The position numbers were made by a program, and so were the translations under genes. Shown here piece after piece: positions 39,706-51,358 of a stretch of DNA of 64,000 nt. How positions within the stretch are numbered: the stretch's first letter is position 1; each line of letters opens with the position of its first letter. The notes under the pieces are model-generated. The model saw only the letters and a program-made list of their open reading frames with translations. It had not been told where the DNA came from and ran no database searches. Origin of the DNA: Podarcis muralis (taxonomy: Eukaryota); contig NC_135666.1 of assembly GCF_964188315.1 (NCBI RefSeq), positions 31,620,001 through 31,684,000 on the forward strand, given 5' to 3'.

Positions 39706-39865
39706 CAGTCTTCCACAAATACACGGATGAAGTTTCAAATTCACTTTGCGCCTTAGCTCCCCGGATTCCGAACAGGAGAAGCACGAGAACTCCAATGCAC
39801 TTGCTTGAAAGAGATGAAGCCCCTGGACCACCGATTAAAGCTGCGCTCTTCTCTCTCAGCCCCAT
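39706..39865 (-). CDS. THSD7A: First coding exon of thrombospondin type-1 domain-containing protein 7A (signal peptide plus start of the mature protein)
   Basis: ATG at 39865 in good Kozak context (gaaggcATGG); 160 nt = 53 codons + 1, ending ACT G|GTAAGT (donor 39705-39700). Hydrophobic core CIGVLVLLLFG with an AKA-Q cleavage-like site. Matches the recalled human THSD7A N-terminus MGL...AAAQGEAEAPTLYLWKTG|PWGRC, including the YLWKTG motif and intron phase. Confidence 0.9.
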
Positions 39866-40057
39866 GCCTTCCAGAAGCCTGATTCAGTGTCAAAATCTGC
39901 CGCACAATGGGTAACCCTTGCGTGAGTAATTTCTTCCCCCCCTTTCAGAATGTCTTCACAGGGAGGGCAGAAGGGAAATGGCTTTCCAGCTATTCTGCAT
40001 GCCAGTTGAAAAGGGGGGGGGGGACTGTTTAACACCAAGGAACAATAGAGCTCTTGC

Positions 40058-40092
<35 letters not shown>

Positions 40093-40440
40093 TCGGCTGC
40101 TGCTGCTACGATGGCAGCGGCTGCTGCTGGTACTGTGGATGTTACTTCACTCTTCCCCATTCAGTGGGTAGTAGCAGTTTCCATCAGCTGAGAGAGAGAC
40201 AGCTGTCCCACAGGGGGCTCCAGCTGACTGAGCAGGTTATCTTGGTCTGGGAGGCGGCAGCAGTCATTTACACCAGCTGGAGGGAGAGGGGAGAGAGAAA
40301 GAGAGTGAAACAGTGGAGGGGAGGGAAGAGAAGAGAAGACCAAGGGAGGGAGGGAGAAGGCAAGAGGGGGAAGGAACACAAATAGCAAATAACCGAATGC
40401 TGTAATCACATGCATGCAACCAACTGCAAGATACTGTTGT
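39866..40440 (-). promoter_or_regulatory. THSD7A 5' leader / proximal promoter region
   Basis: Directly upstream of the ATG; locally raised CpG; CAG repeat; four CAGCTG E-boxes (40185, 40200, 40221, 40274); purine/pyrimidine tract ~40279-40375. TSS cannot be placed from sequence. Confidence 0.6.
40061..40090 (-). repeat. (CAG)10 / (CTG)10 trinucleotide repeat, with imperfect GCA/GCC extension to ~40130
   Basis: ctgctgctg... read directly. Confidence 0.95.
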
Positions 40441-42916
40441 TGCTTTTTGCACGTCTATCGGAAGAATATCTATATTCAAGACTATCCAATAAAAATATTA
40501 TCATTAAACAAAAAACCATTCCGGAGCACGTTTGAGACAAGCAGGTAGCAACTGCTCAGCACCAATTATTTTCCTGCTCCTTTAAAGCAAGTTGCCAGCA
40601 TGCAATTCCCACTTAGTAGAAGAGCTGACAGGATGGATGATGCAAAATGTTGTTGAAGAGAATCATGACTTTGAGAACAGCAAATGTGGTGAATTAAGCA
40701 TACTTATCGACAATCAGGATGCTGATGCACAAACTGAATGCACGGTAAAGACTGGTGGGGATACTTAGACATGCAACTGATTAAATTGTCCCTTAATATT
40801 CATGTCAGAAGGGTCATACAGCTGCAATATTATACTGTCTGGTGGTGTTTTTCTATCTCAAGTTACATACCCATTCCACTTATATCTGGGTGCAAGGAAG
40901 GAATTAAAGGAATAAAGCACCTCATTAAAAATCAGAATGAATTTCATTAATCCTTTAACTGTGCATCTAAGAAAAGCAGCCATTCTAAAATGTTCATTTA
41001 TCAAAATGTTTTTATGACAGTAATTTCTTTTTATGAAAAGTAATTCTGAGTTGCAATTACTTCAAAGCGTGTTTGTAAGCATGAATGTGCTAGTAGGCTG
41101 TACCACGCTGGGGTAGGGGGAAATAGGACAAAAGGTGTCTTAACACTTTGTTTGCTGTAAAGTCATACTCAGAGTAGGCCTACTGAAATCTATGCACTTA
41201 AGTGAATCATGATGACTAACATAAATGCATTGATTTCAGTAGGTCTACTCCTGTGTTTGATTTGATCGGGTACCGAGAGAGCATTGTTTTAAATTCACCC
41301 CAATGAGCTAGAACAAAAGACAATGCTGGCTTATGTTCCTGCATACATCCAGAAATGCAAAGGCCTAGAAGTAGTGTTCTGAGAAGAGGTATTGTAAAGA
41401 CAAAAACAAAAAAAAGCATTCTAGCAGCAGAGCAACCAGGGAGTTTTAAATGATGACGCTACTGCAGTTGAAAGAGAAAGCCTTAACCAAGCCTCTCTGG
41501 GGAACTCTGTCATTTGCCAGAATCCTTCCCATGCTCAGCCTCTTCCACAGGCACTGGGTTTGAAAAGCAGCCTTGATCAAATAATTCCCAGGTCCTCATC
41601 CATTTAAATATTCTGACATCAGAGCAAATTAGCAATGTTGAAGGTTGCAAATTTGTCTTTGTTTACTTTCCACTCTGTTCCGCCTCTAAGAGGGAATTAA
41701 AGGCTCAGGAAGCCCTGGCGCTGTGTGAGGCTGTGATTAAGAGAGATAAGCAAGTGTGGATTACCGTTCCTCAGCTGTTGAAAAAGCGGCAACAATCAGG
41801 AGATTATGGGTTGATAAGGGATACATAGAAAGCTGTGAGCCTAACAAATTTATAGCATCCATTTCTGACAGAGGGCTAGGGTTCACAGCACCAGGTAAGG
41901 TATATAGTCAAAAATGGGACGCACTTGGTAGTCTCACTTATATGTCTCGTGTTCATTTCACAGCCAAGAAAATAAGCACCCACCACCATCAACAAAGCAT
42001 TTATAATCCAGTAACTGGTTGCAAAACCTGTGTGGGTGCATTTATGCGTGCCTGCGTATCAACATTTGTACCTGAATTAATAAAACCTGCAAAATTTTAA
42101 AAGGGGTGTCTTTTCCTTTGAAAGCATTTTATCTTAGGTAAAAACTGCCATTTGACTTGACAAATCAAATTTGTATGCAGCCCAGTTTCTTTGATAAATA
42201 CGTGAATACCTGAACTCACGAATACGTGAAGCTGAGGCTTGTGGCAACTATGAATTTTGCTTTTCTCTACTTTGAATCAGAGCTTTTGAATGTAAGAGGG
42301 AAAATGTATCTCAGCAGGGAACGCTGAAGTAGGAACAAGTAACTAGGGTTCACAAGGTTGCATGAGACGAAGGGTGACGAGGCAGAATTAAAACAAAATT
42401 TGGTTATTTGAAGCAACACACGGATTGACACCTCTGTTAATAATCTCTGTTAGTAACATACTTTTCATGGCATTAATCGAAAGCATTTTCAGTCCATGGG
42501 CTCTGTATCTCCTAGTAGGTTCTGCATCTCTTACTTTAAAAAGTAGCCCTTCATACAACAAGCCAATCGCAAAAGTTGAGTCACCTTCAGAAAAACTTCC
42601 GTATCAGGGTGGAGAATCTATGGCATATGAAATGTTACTGGACTCCAACTCCCATCAGCCCCATACAGGAAGCTCAATGGTCAAAGATGGTGGGAGTTAT
42701 AGTCTAGCAACATCTGGGGTAGGGCCACACATTTCTGAATGTGTCTAATTGGCTGTTTAGATCACAGCCTATTTAGTCATTTCAGAGGGGGGAAATCTGT
42801 CTGTATTATAAAAATTGAATTCATATGCACAGCTCTATAATTCAAACTTCCCCCAACCTGGTGCCTTGCAGATATTTTGGACTACAACTCTCATCAACTA
42901 CAACTCTCATCAACTA

Positions 42917-43210
42917 GATGAGCCAATCTGGTGGAACGCTCTGTCACAAGAGACTAGGGCCCTGCAGGACCTGACATCCTTCCGCAGGGCCTGCAAGACA
43001 GAGCTGTTCCACCAGGCCTTTGGTCAGGGCGCAGCCTGACCCCCTCCTCTGGCAATCTGCACAGAATTTTGCTTGATGGTTGCCATTAATTTGATTTTAA
43101 TTTGATTTAATTAATTTTATAATGAATGTTTTTAGAATGTTGGACTACTTTGATTGTTGTTAGCTGCCCTGAGCCCAGCTTCGGCTGGGGAGGGCGGGAT
43201 ATAAATAAAA

Positions 43211-43263
<53 letters not shown>
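42917..43263 (+). mobile_element. Young 5'-truncated L2-like LINE inserted inside a hAT MITE
   Basis: Translates PIWWNALSQETRALQDLTSFRRACKTELFHQAF, 3' UTR, (TTA)n; MITE halves at ~42845-42912 and ~43265-43350. Confidence 0.8.
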
Positions 43264-43264
<1 letters not shown>

Positions 43265-45242
43265 GTCAAACTCAGTAAATATGGTCAATGATCAGGGATG
43301 GTGGGAGCTATCATCCAAAAACATATGGAGGGCCCAGGTTTGAAGAAAGCTATTCTGTATTTTTCAAAAAAGGAAAAGGAGAAACCATTACAAGGATTAT
43401 AGACAACAAAAATAGCTAAGAGTTCTTTCCAGAGCACCTTATTTACCCACCCTCATCTTTGATTAATCTTTTAATGTATATCTGGATTTGCACATGGAAC
43501 ACATGGCATACTTCCCAAACTTGAAAGATGACACCAACATAGCTGCTTGGCTAGCCAGACAGATCTGATGCAGGGGAAGAGGCTGGAAAAAAATCCCTTT
43601 ACAAAGCCCACACAATGCCCATGACATTCACTGAAACAACAGAAGTAATTAGACACCCAACACTTAAATACAGCCGCTGGTTATGTAGCTGCTAATGTCA
43701 CAAACCATTCTTCTCACCAAGTCAGTTTTCGTAACAGAGGTGCTATTGGTCAAAATGCATATCTAGAACAGAAGATGCATCCCAAAGATCCTTCCTAATA
43801 AAGAAATGTAGCCCATAGGGACAACATAATAGCCCATAGCAAAACAGAACCTGTCTACGTTAGTTCTGAGCTGAAATGGGAGATGCACATTGCATGAACA
43901 TTTTGTTTCTGTGAAATATACCTCCCCTTCTCAGCCATTGTTCACACAGATTTGCAAAAGGGAAGAATACCATTTCCAAGGAGGCAGAGGCTAGATGAGC
44001 AGGGAATGCATCTTATTGCTGGGCACATTCCTACCTAGAGATACCAGGGACTGAATCTTGGACTTCATGCATGCAAAGGCAATGTTCTGCCGTGGAGATA
44101 AGGTTCTTCCCCAAAGGATGACCCACTCTCAGTAGCTGGAGTTCTTCTTCCTGTTGCAACTATAGAGGGATGTTGTCTCCACAGACAGCTCAAGTCTTAT
44201 GCAGGCTGATAAGACCCTAAGGAACTGACTGTGTTTTTAAAGGATCCACGTATCTACTGGTTTTTGCAAGTTCAGGGAAACTGAAGTGCTATTGGGGACC
44301 TGTCTTCTGAGACTAATCCAGCCACAAAAATTATTGTATCCATTCCCGAATCTAATGTGCTTTCAACAAATTTACATTTCAAAAATCCCAAATAAAACAA
44401 AGTTGCACACAAGTCATGCTTTGACAACCATACCGTATGGAAGTTTACATTAGCTGAAGCTGAACCTATAAACCTATGGTGCAGCATAAGCTAACATTTC
44501 CATATATATTAGATGCCTTCACTTAAGGAACTGATCATGTTGTTGAATAAATTGCCATGAAATTTGAACATGGCAGCATCCAAACTGATAGCCACACAAA
44601 CCCACTGCTCAAGATCAGAATGCAGGACTGCAAAAATGAATGTCCATTTTTTACATCATTAAAAATAAAATGCTTACAATCATTCTTCAGTCATATAGGT
44701 ACAAATCCATGTCTCATTGTTGCTTCCAGTTTGACTGACGAGCCAAATTCTTTCTTTAGAAACCGTCCACAAAATGAAAAGATTACCGGCTAGGACAACT
44801 CCTATTTTTGAAAGTAAGTCATGACCTCTTTCATACTAGGAGTGACTACGAATGCAACCTTGTGCTGGCCTGCCCCAGCATCCCATTGTGACATCATTTA
44901 ACCTCACTGTCCAATGAGCAGCAGCTCATCTCCATAATTTGCTTTGTGAGGAGACTTGTTTCATAACAACAACTCCTTGTGGTTGAACAGCCAACTGCCT
45001 TTGAAGTAAGGTGTATTTTAGAAACATTCGACATGTTGCCGGAAGCCACGATTGCTGCCACCATTTTGGATGCTCCTACAGTACTCTGGTGATTTGTAAA
45101 TCCTCATTCCAGATGTTTTAAGATGCACTGCATGCCTAGGTATCATATGTCCTATGCTTAAAACAGCCAAGATTTAAGTATCCAGTGAACACACAACTTA
45201 AAGCTCCAAAGCAACAGTGCTGGTTACAGACAAACAAGAAGA

Positions 45243-45460
45243 CAGTGTGGTGTAGTGGCTAGAGTATCAGACTACTACCAGGGTTCAAGCCCTGACTCAG
45301 TCATGAAGGTTACTAGGTGACCCTTGGGCCAGTCACCATTTCCTTGCCCTACCTTGCAGCGTAACTGTAAAGATAAAATGGGATAAAGGAGAACTACATA
45401 TGCCACCCTGAGCTTCTTGGAGGAAAGGCAGGGCAGAAACGTAATAATAAATAAATATAT
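45243..45460 (+). mobile_element. MIR/CORE-type SINE, diverged
   Basis: gtggtgtagtggctagagt head, ggtgacccttgggccagtcac core, A-rich tail. Confidence 0.7.
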
Positions 45461-47440
45461 AAATAAAATATGGTTGCTACTGTTTGCTGTTCTAAACAAA
45501 TACAACCATTTCAACCATTTTTCAGCAAAAAAATATTCACCTCTTCCTTTACATTGTCCCCACCCATCCCTCTCTTACACACTCAACTGTTTCATATGGC
45601 TCCAGTGACATCATGACACAGCCATATCTGATTGGCTACATCGTGTTCTGATGTCCTCACATCTACTATGCGGTCATTCATGGACCCTGCTGTTAACTGA
45701 TCTAATTTACCCTGATGGGTGTCACCATGCGGCTGTAGCCAAATGCTGATATGTCATCCCAACTCAGTACTGCTGCCAGCACTGAGGGGGCAGTTGGCAA
45801 TGTGCCCTTGGGGTAGGGTGGGGGAAGGTGCACACCACTGTGACCACTGCCCCCCACCTTGGCTGCTCTACTTTCTCTCCCCCCGGCTGCCTCCAGCTCA
45901 TTTTCTTCTCTTCCCTTTCATGTTGCTCTAGGCACTCTGCTCCCCCATCTCAACCCACCCAATATGACCCTGGCCTCTCCACGTTCTCCTCCACACCTCC
46001 ACCACCACTGCAAGCATGTTGCAAAGAATTTGACTGCTTGCACCTATGCACTCTACAATGTGGCCCTTTCCAGTTATGCCGGCAGAATTTTAAAAGGCAA
46101 GCTGAAAATGAAGCAAGCAACAGCTCTCACTTCAAGTTGCTGAAGACTGGAAATAAAGGGGGTGCGCTTCTTAAGAGAGAGTGGAACAGAGCTCCACCAT
46201 CGCCTCACTTCCACCAGCCTTCCTCCTATGTGCCCAGAGGCATTCTAGGAATTTCCCTCTCACTGAATGGTTCAGGTGACCACCCTATGTGTTTATTTGG
46301 AATAAGTCCTGTTGAACTCAGTGGGGCTAGAGAGGCTCGTCCACATTCCCACTTGCCCAGCAGCTTGCCCCCAGGAAAACTTGCTGTTTACTGCCAAATC
46401 GGAGCAAACACCAATTGGGTTTTATTCAGATAGACGTCTGCTCCAATTTAGCTCTAATGAGCAGTTTCTGGGGAGAGGGTGCAGTGGCACAAAGGCAAAA
46501 ACTGCTCAGACCCGTGCCTCAAAAGCATCATAGAAATGGAAAACTGCATGGATCCATGCTTTTGTGAGATGGAGCAAGCAGAATTCAGGACGAGCCCTTA
46601 GTTCCAGGCGAATATGGCATAGGATCAGATTGTGACGCACTTAACAAGAATCACATTTATTCATGTTTATCCTAAACATGTTTACTCAAATGTAAGTCCC
46701 ACTGAGTCCATTACTTCCAAGTATATCCAGGATGGCAGCCTTAATTGAACACCCAGTGAAAATACTGAGCGTGGCTCCCTTCATATTTCAGGCATTATGT
46801 ATTTCCAAGTAATTCTAGTCTATTAATGCCACATAGTTTGTATAGATGTTATCAAATTATGCAGAAAAGTAAAAAGTGGGGGTGAATTTTTAATAACACT
46901 ACTTTGCAAATGTATTTTAAGCCTGAAAACACTTCATTGTTATTGTGAGTTTTCAGAACACAGTAAATTCTCCAGTAAATTCCCAAACTAAGATGTAAAC
47001 TGAAAATAACAAAAGCCAATCTTTCAAGAGGTGCAGTGCATGTGGCCTCTAGGTGTCATTCTTCACCATGTTTAGTCCATATCCTTCAATGGGCTCCTCA
47101 TTACTTTATGTATCAAGTGAAGATTATTGTTTGAGGAGGTGAAGCATTTTGTTCTAATTTCCCACCCATTGTTTACTAAAGAAGATAAATTTGTCCTGCA
47201 TCATTAGAATATTCATAACAAGAGCTCTGGCAACATCAATAAATTAGAAGTAGATGGTAGATTTTTCTTCTTCTTCCAGTCTTCAGATTCCCTTGAGCCG
47301 AGATCAGCCCAAGCCAAAGATAATAAAGTATTCATACGAAAAAATTAACTATTCATGTGTGGTCCGCACAAACTGGACACCTTGGTTCTCCCATAAGGTG
47401 GCAGTTCTGGAAAACTTCAAATTCTAACAGGTACATTATA

Positions 47441-47681
47441 CAGTTGTACCTTGCATCCCAAATGCCTTGCAAGTCGAACGTTTTGTCTCCCGAACGCCGC
47501 AAACCCAGAAGTGAGTGTTCCGGTTTGCAAATGTTCTTTGGAACCCGAACGTCTGCCGTGGCTTCCAATTGGCTGCAGGAGCTTCCTGCAGCCAATCAGA
47601 AGCTGCACCTTGGTTTCCAAACGTTTTGGAAGTCAAAAGGACTTCCGGAATGGATTCTGTTCGACTTCCGAGGTACCACTA
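47441..47681. mobile_element. Tc1/mariner-type MITE (inverted relative to 31183-31433)
   Basis: TA-cagttgtacc ... gaggtaccacta-TA; internal sequence is the reverse complement of the 31.2 kb copy. Confidence 0.85.
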
Positions 47682-47779
47682 TAAAGGAGGTCATGTTGTC
47701 CTCTTTGCTTTGGTTCAAATATGGTTCTGGACTGTATGATGCTTGCTAGCAGGTAGTATCTGGTTTATTACTGGGAAAT

Positions 47780-47985
47780 ATGGAGTCCCTGAACTCTGAT
47801 GCCTTCTTGCTTGCCTGGATGAAGGGTACGGGGGGGGGGTGTATAGAAAATAGGCTACTGTACAAAGGTAAAATTTTTATTCATTGCTGCACCCACTTTT
47901 GCCTCTGGCCACACCCACCAGTGGCATGTGTGTGCCCTGAAGAAGGTTACCCACAAGGGGATGCAGTCCTCGGGCTAAAAAGAAG
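47780..47985. mobile_element. Non-autonomous DNA-transposon-like fragment (related copy at ~60380-60625)
   Basis: Shared ccctgaactct...ttgcttg.ctg.atg.agg...gtagaaa...ctgt...gtaaaattt block at both loci. Confidence 0.5.
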
Positions 47986-50900
47986 ATAGGAATCCATGAT
48001 CTAATTATAGGATTTTCTTTTATACTGTATTGGGTTGCATCCAGACTAACAGTGCAATCTTATGCATGTCTGCTCAGATTTCAACATGGCTTACTCCCAG
48101 GTAAGTGAATGCAAAATTGCAGTCTATGTTTCCTGAACCTATGCACCATTGAACACAATGGGACAAAAGAATCAATGGAAACAAAGTGGAACCAACTGGA
48201 TCTGGATCCAACCCACTGCCACTATTATATACCGATCATTTGTTTGCTGAGTTTGCATCCTGCCTTTCCACCAAATAATGCTCGTTGTTTGCGTCCTTAG
48301 CAGAGCACAGGGACATTATACTGTCCCATGATAGATCAAATGAACCTTAAGAAGGCAAAAGGGATGCAAATTAGTACTACTGCAGATCACTGTAATGACA
48401 GCAGACATCATTACTGGTTTAAATATAGCACTATTATGCATCTCTTGCTGGCACATAGTCAGAGAAGCTTTCTAATGAATTGGTAGCGGGAGCCCTGGCA
48501 ATTTGGGGAGTTCATCCCTTGAGATACAGAAGATAACCTTGGTCATAACATGTCACCGTTGCTTCTGAACATTTTCTGGAGAGCGTAAATTTATTCTTTG
48601 TGGTGCCACTCAGTGAAGCAAGGTACCTTTCTCCATTACACAGAGATGATACGAGTAAAAGGGTGATGAATGTTCATTATGATCACTGCGCTGCTCAAGT
48701 AATGCTTGAATTTGCTGAGTAGCACCAGCCGCAGAATTCGCCGGTCACAAACCTATCATCACTACCTAGCTGCGAAAATGAATGGCAAAGGAAAGCGACA
48801 TAAATATGAAAGGGCAAGTTGACAATTTGTCATCAGCACTGATGTATGAATGTAAAGCATAAAATACTAGAGAAAACTTCATATTTATATCAAAGGATAC
48901 ATATCCATCAAGGTAAATGCTAACTTCATTCTGGAACTCAGATAGGAAGGACCACCCCTGCCCTTTCTCCAACTCTTCCTGATAAATATCGGGGGGGGGG
49001 GATGAGAAATAAGATGTGTGTGTTTCTGCTGCACTCTGTTTATGCAAAAAGATAATGTGGAAATCCAAACATACAGGTTTCCTATACTACACCCAACATT
49101 CACCTCTTCAGACTTTCCACATATTCTACTTCAGACACAAGCACTTCCATTATTTTGAACACTAGGGATGATTCCTTCTTAGAAAGCTCAAGGTTTCCCA
49201 TAATGGGTTAGCCACCTAAAGAGAATGGATTACACCTGGGCATAAGATGAAAAAAATAGACAGCAATGGTTCTTTAGGTTAGCTAAAGAGAAGCAAAAAC
49301 AGCTGGATGAGGCAGTTGTAGCCCAAAACATCCCGGGGATACCAGGCTAGAGAGGGCTGATCTAGAGTGAGGGAAAGAGACAGGTAGACCAGTTAGACTC
49401 CCTAAGAGATGGTTCCAGTATGGGTTGAGAATCATGTTCAAAAAAGGCTATCAATAAAGCAAATGGAGAATATCTCTAAACATATATGTGGACGCATTTA
49501 CTTATTGTAATATTGGATTTGTTGTAATTTTCAACAGTATAACAATAAACATTCACAATGGTTTGTGTCATCAAGTACAACTAGGATAAGACAGAAATGA
49601 AGCTCCCCTCCATCTCATTAGCTCAACACAACCCTTCAAAATGACCTCTGAGATTCAGGTGGCCTCCCCTTCTCACCATTATGTGAAAAATGGGAAACAA
49701 ATCTCCAGAAATTTATCCTCTCTCTCTGCATACTTTTGTCCTCAATCTGTTTTCCTCCAACTCTCCAGAGAAGATTTGGGGGTTGTGGGGCGCAGAGGAG
49801 AGGGAGAGGTAGTCCTGTTGTACAGGCAGAAGTTACTGTGCTGACAAGACGACTTTGCTGAATACAACCCCATTAATTACGTGACAACAATTGCTAGCCA
49901 CTTATTCCTAATTTTTTAAAGAAGAGAAGCTGAATGCAAATGCTTAATCATCTTAACTGTATAATTCATGAATTAACATAAATACGAAGGGTTCAGTGGT
50001 TCCTGCCTCACAAACCAGTATATTTGTAACACTTGTTTTAGGGTTTTGTTGTTGTTTTTTTGCCTTACCAATGGTCAAATATAGGGCTGTGTTCATTGAA
50101 CATAGTTCATTCTCTCCCCCCCCCCCAGTTGATTGTATTTTAATTCTTGAAACATGCAGCAATTCATGTTGTGCTTTTCCCAATTTTACAGAGTCACTGC
50201 ATACTAAGAATAACTGGCACTGGAACACTGCAACAAATGATTTCTCTATTCATACATATGCACATTGCTTTTCCACATATAAAAGTATACAACTTTCAAA
50301 AATAAGCAATGATTTCCAGGAAAACAGCCATTTTCACTTCAATTAAGTTTTTATGTTCCGATTTCCCTGATGACCCATGTTCTATCTGAGTGTGAAATGC
50401 TCTCAGGCAGATAAAGAAGAAAACATTTTGTGTCAGGAAAGGCATATCTTACCTGTTATAATATTAAGGAAATTCAGATAGGCTTTTTTTATAAATATTT
50501 GGTTTTTTTAACAGATATTTACCTGGCTGTTGCTAGGATCAGGACACCAGACAGTTGACTGAATAAATATTAGCAGTAAACCATCTAAGAAGCAAGGCTT
50601 TCTATGGACATGCCTAGATATGGGAACTTCTAAAAATCTCTATGTCAAGCTTCTGCATATGTGGTTCCCCTCCCCATTCTTGTTCTACACTTTTATCTCA
50701 ATGAAAAGTGTTTTTTTAATGGCTCTGCTAAAAAATGAGCAATTCTCACATATTATATGCCTTATTGTACATATAATATTGTGTGCACATTATATCCATG
50801 CACATTCAAGGTTTCCTAAACCAGTCAGCACATAAACAGATACATACAACAATGCATTTAAATGCATACAAAATTATGCTGCAGAAATATAGTACCACAT

Positions 50901-51096
50901 GGGGCTTGACTCTTTTATATGTATTACACGTATATTACATGCATCTTTGCATGTAACTTTGCATATAATTAAGTCTTTTTAAAAACGAATCCCTAATACC
51001 TCACAATCCAGCAAGGGCTTTTTTTAGGATGGGAAGTACCAGCACTTCTTTAAGTGTTGGTGGGCGTCACCTTCTGTAGGAAGGCATTAACACACT

Positions 51097-51358
51097 GGAG
51101 AGCCAATGTGGTATAGTGGTTAGGAGCGGTAGACTCATAATCTGGGGAACCGGGTTCGCGTCTTCGCTCCTCCACATGCAGCTGCTGGGTGACCTTGGGC
51201 CAGTCACACTTCTCTGAAGTCTCTCAGCCCCACTCACCTCACAGAGTGTTTGTTGTGGGGGAGGAAGGGAAAGGAGAATGTTAGCCGCGTTGAGACTCCT
51301 TCGGGTAGTGATAAAGCGGGATATCAAATCCAAACTCTTCTTCTTCTCCTCTTCTTCC
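51097..51358 (+). mobile_element. MIR/Ther1-derived tRNA SINE (Squam3-like), young copy
   Basis: A-box-like tggtatagtgg, B-box-like gggttcgcgtc, CORE-like gggtgaccttgggccagtcac, (TTC)n tail. Confidence 0.8.

Noticed and set aside
39526-39831. Minus-strand ORF overlapping THSD7A exon 1
   Set aside because: Wrong frame; the real frame starts at 39865 and splices at 39706
39978-40385. 135-aa + strand ORF with a poly-Cys run
   Set aside because: It is the antisense reading of the CAG repeat and GA tract; low complexity, no protein family
45828-46433. Longest ORF in the track (201 aa)
   Set aside because: C-rich low-complexity sequence running into repeat fragments; no domain and no splice context
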